DNA of 61,502 bases, counting the filler, from Sphacelaria rigidula (taxonomy: Eukaryota): NCBI GenBank assembly GCA_964200075.2. It is 5 parts of 5 records of this genome, joined end to end, with 100 filler letters (N's around TTAATTAATTAA, not from the genome) between each part and the next. Parts side by side here need not be neighbours in the genome. Positions count along the whole stretch, not along the records: positions 49,283 to 61,502 come from CAXNAA020003994.1; 4 more parts are not named here. One strand, written 5' to 3'. Shown here piece by piece: positions 61,440 to 61,502 of the stretch (positions within the stretch are counted from its first letter, which is position 1; each line of letters starts with the position of its first letter). The notes beneath the pieces are model-generated. The model worked only from the letters and a program-made list of their open reading frames with translations, made no database searches and was not told the origin of the DNA. Both the position numbers and the translations under genes were made by a program.

Positions 61440-61502
61440 GACACTTTCTACGATAGCCCCCCCCCCCCCCCCCCCCCCGCCCCCCCCCCCCACCCCCCCC
61501 CC
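61440..61502. mobile_element. Left TIR of a GACACTTTC MITE, followed by poly-C at the contig end
   Basis: GACACTTTCTACGATAGCCCC... Confidence 0.85.

Overview
Eukaryotic, intron-rich, transposon-laden DNA. Intron style, composition and TE types suggest a stramenopile, most likely a brown alga (inference). The window is not one locus. It is five contigs of near-identical length (12221, 12221, 12220, 12220, 12220 bp) joined by artificial 100-bp N44-TTAATTAATTAA-N44 linkers, so adjacency across linkers is meaningless. Contig 1 holds an LTR-bounded, chromodomain-bearing Ty3/Gypsy element with RT/RNase H deleted and a 4-bp GGCC TSD, plus a spliced EF-hand-like gene. Contig 2 holds a large 5'-incomplete minus-strand gene with C2-like, coiled-coil and ankyrin regions. 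Contig 3 is mostly nested repeats: a large diverged inverted pair, a tRNA-derived SINE and a decayed ORF. Contig 4 holds nine phase-consistent exons of a type-3 copper tyrosinase-like gene with an N-terminal PKD-like domain. Contig 5 holds a second Gypsy element lacking PR/RT and an unknown spliced gene. Several MITE and SINE-like families recur across the contigs. I found no convincing new multi-gene system. The best leads are the PKD-tyrosinase architecture, the two RT-less Gypsy elements without tRNA-type PBS, and a short G-tract-bracketed repeat present in all five contigs.
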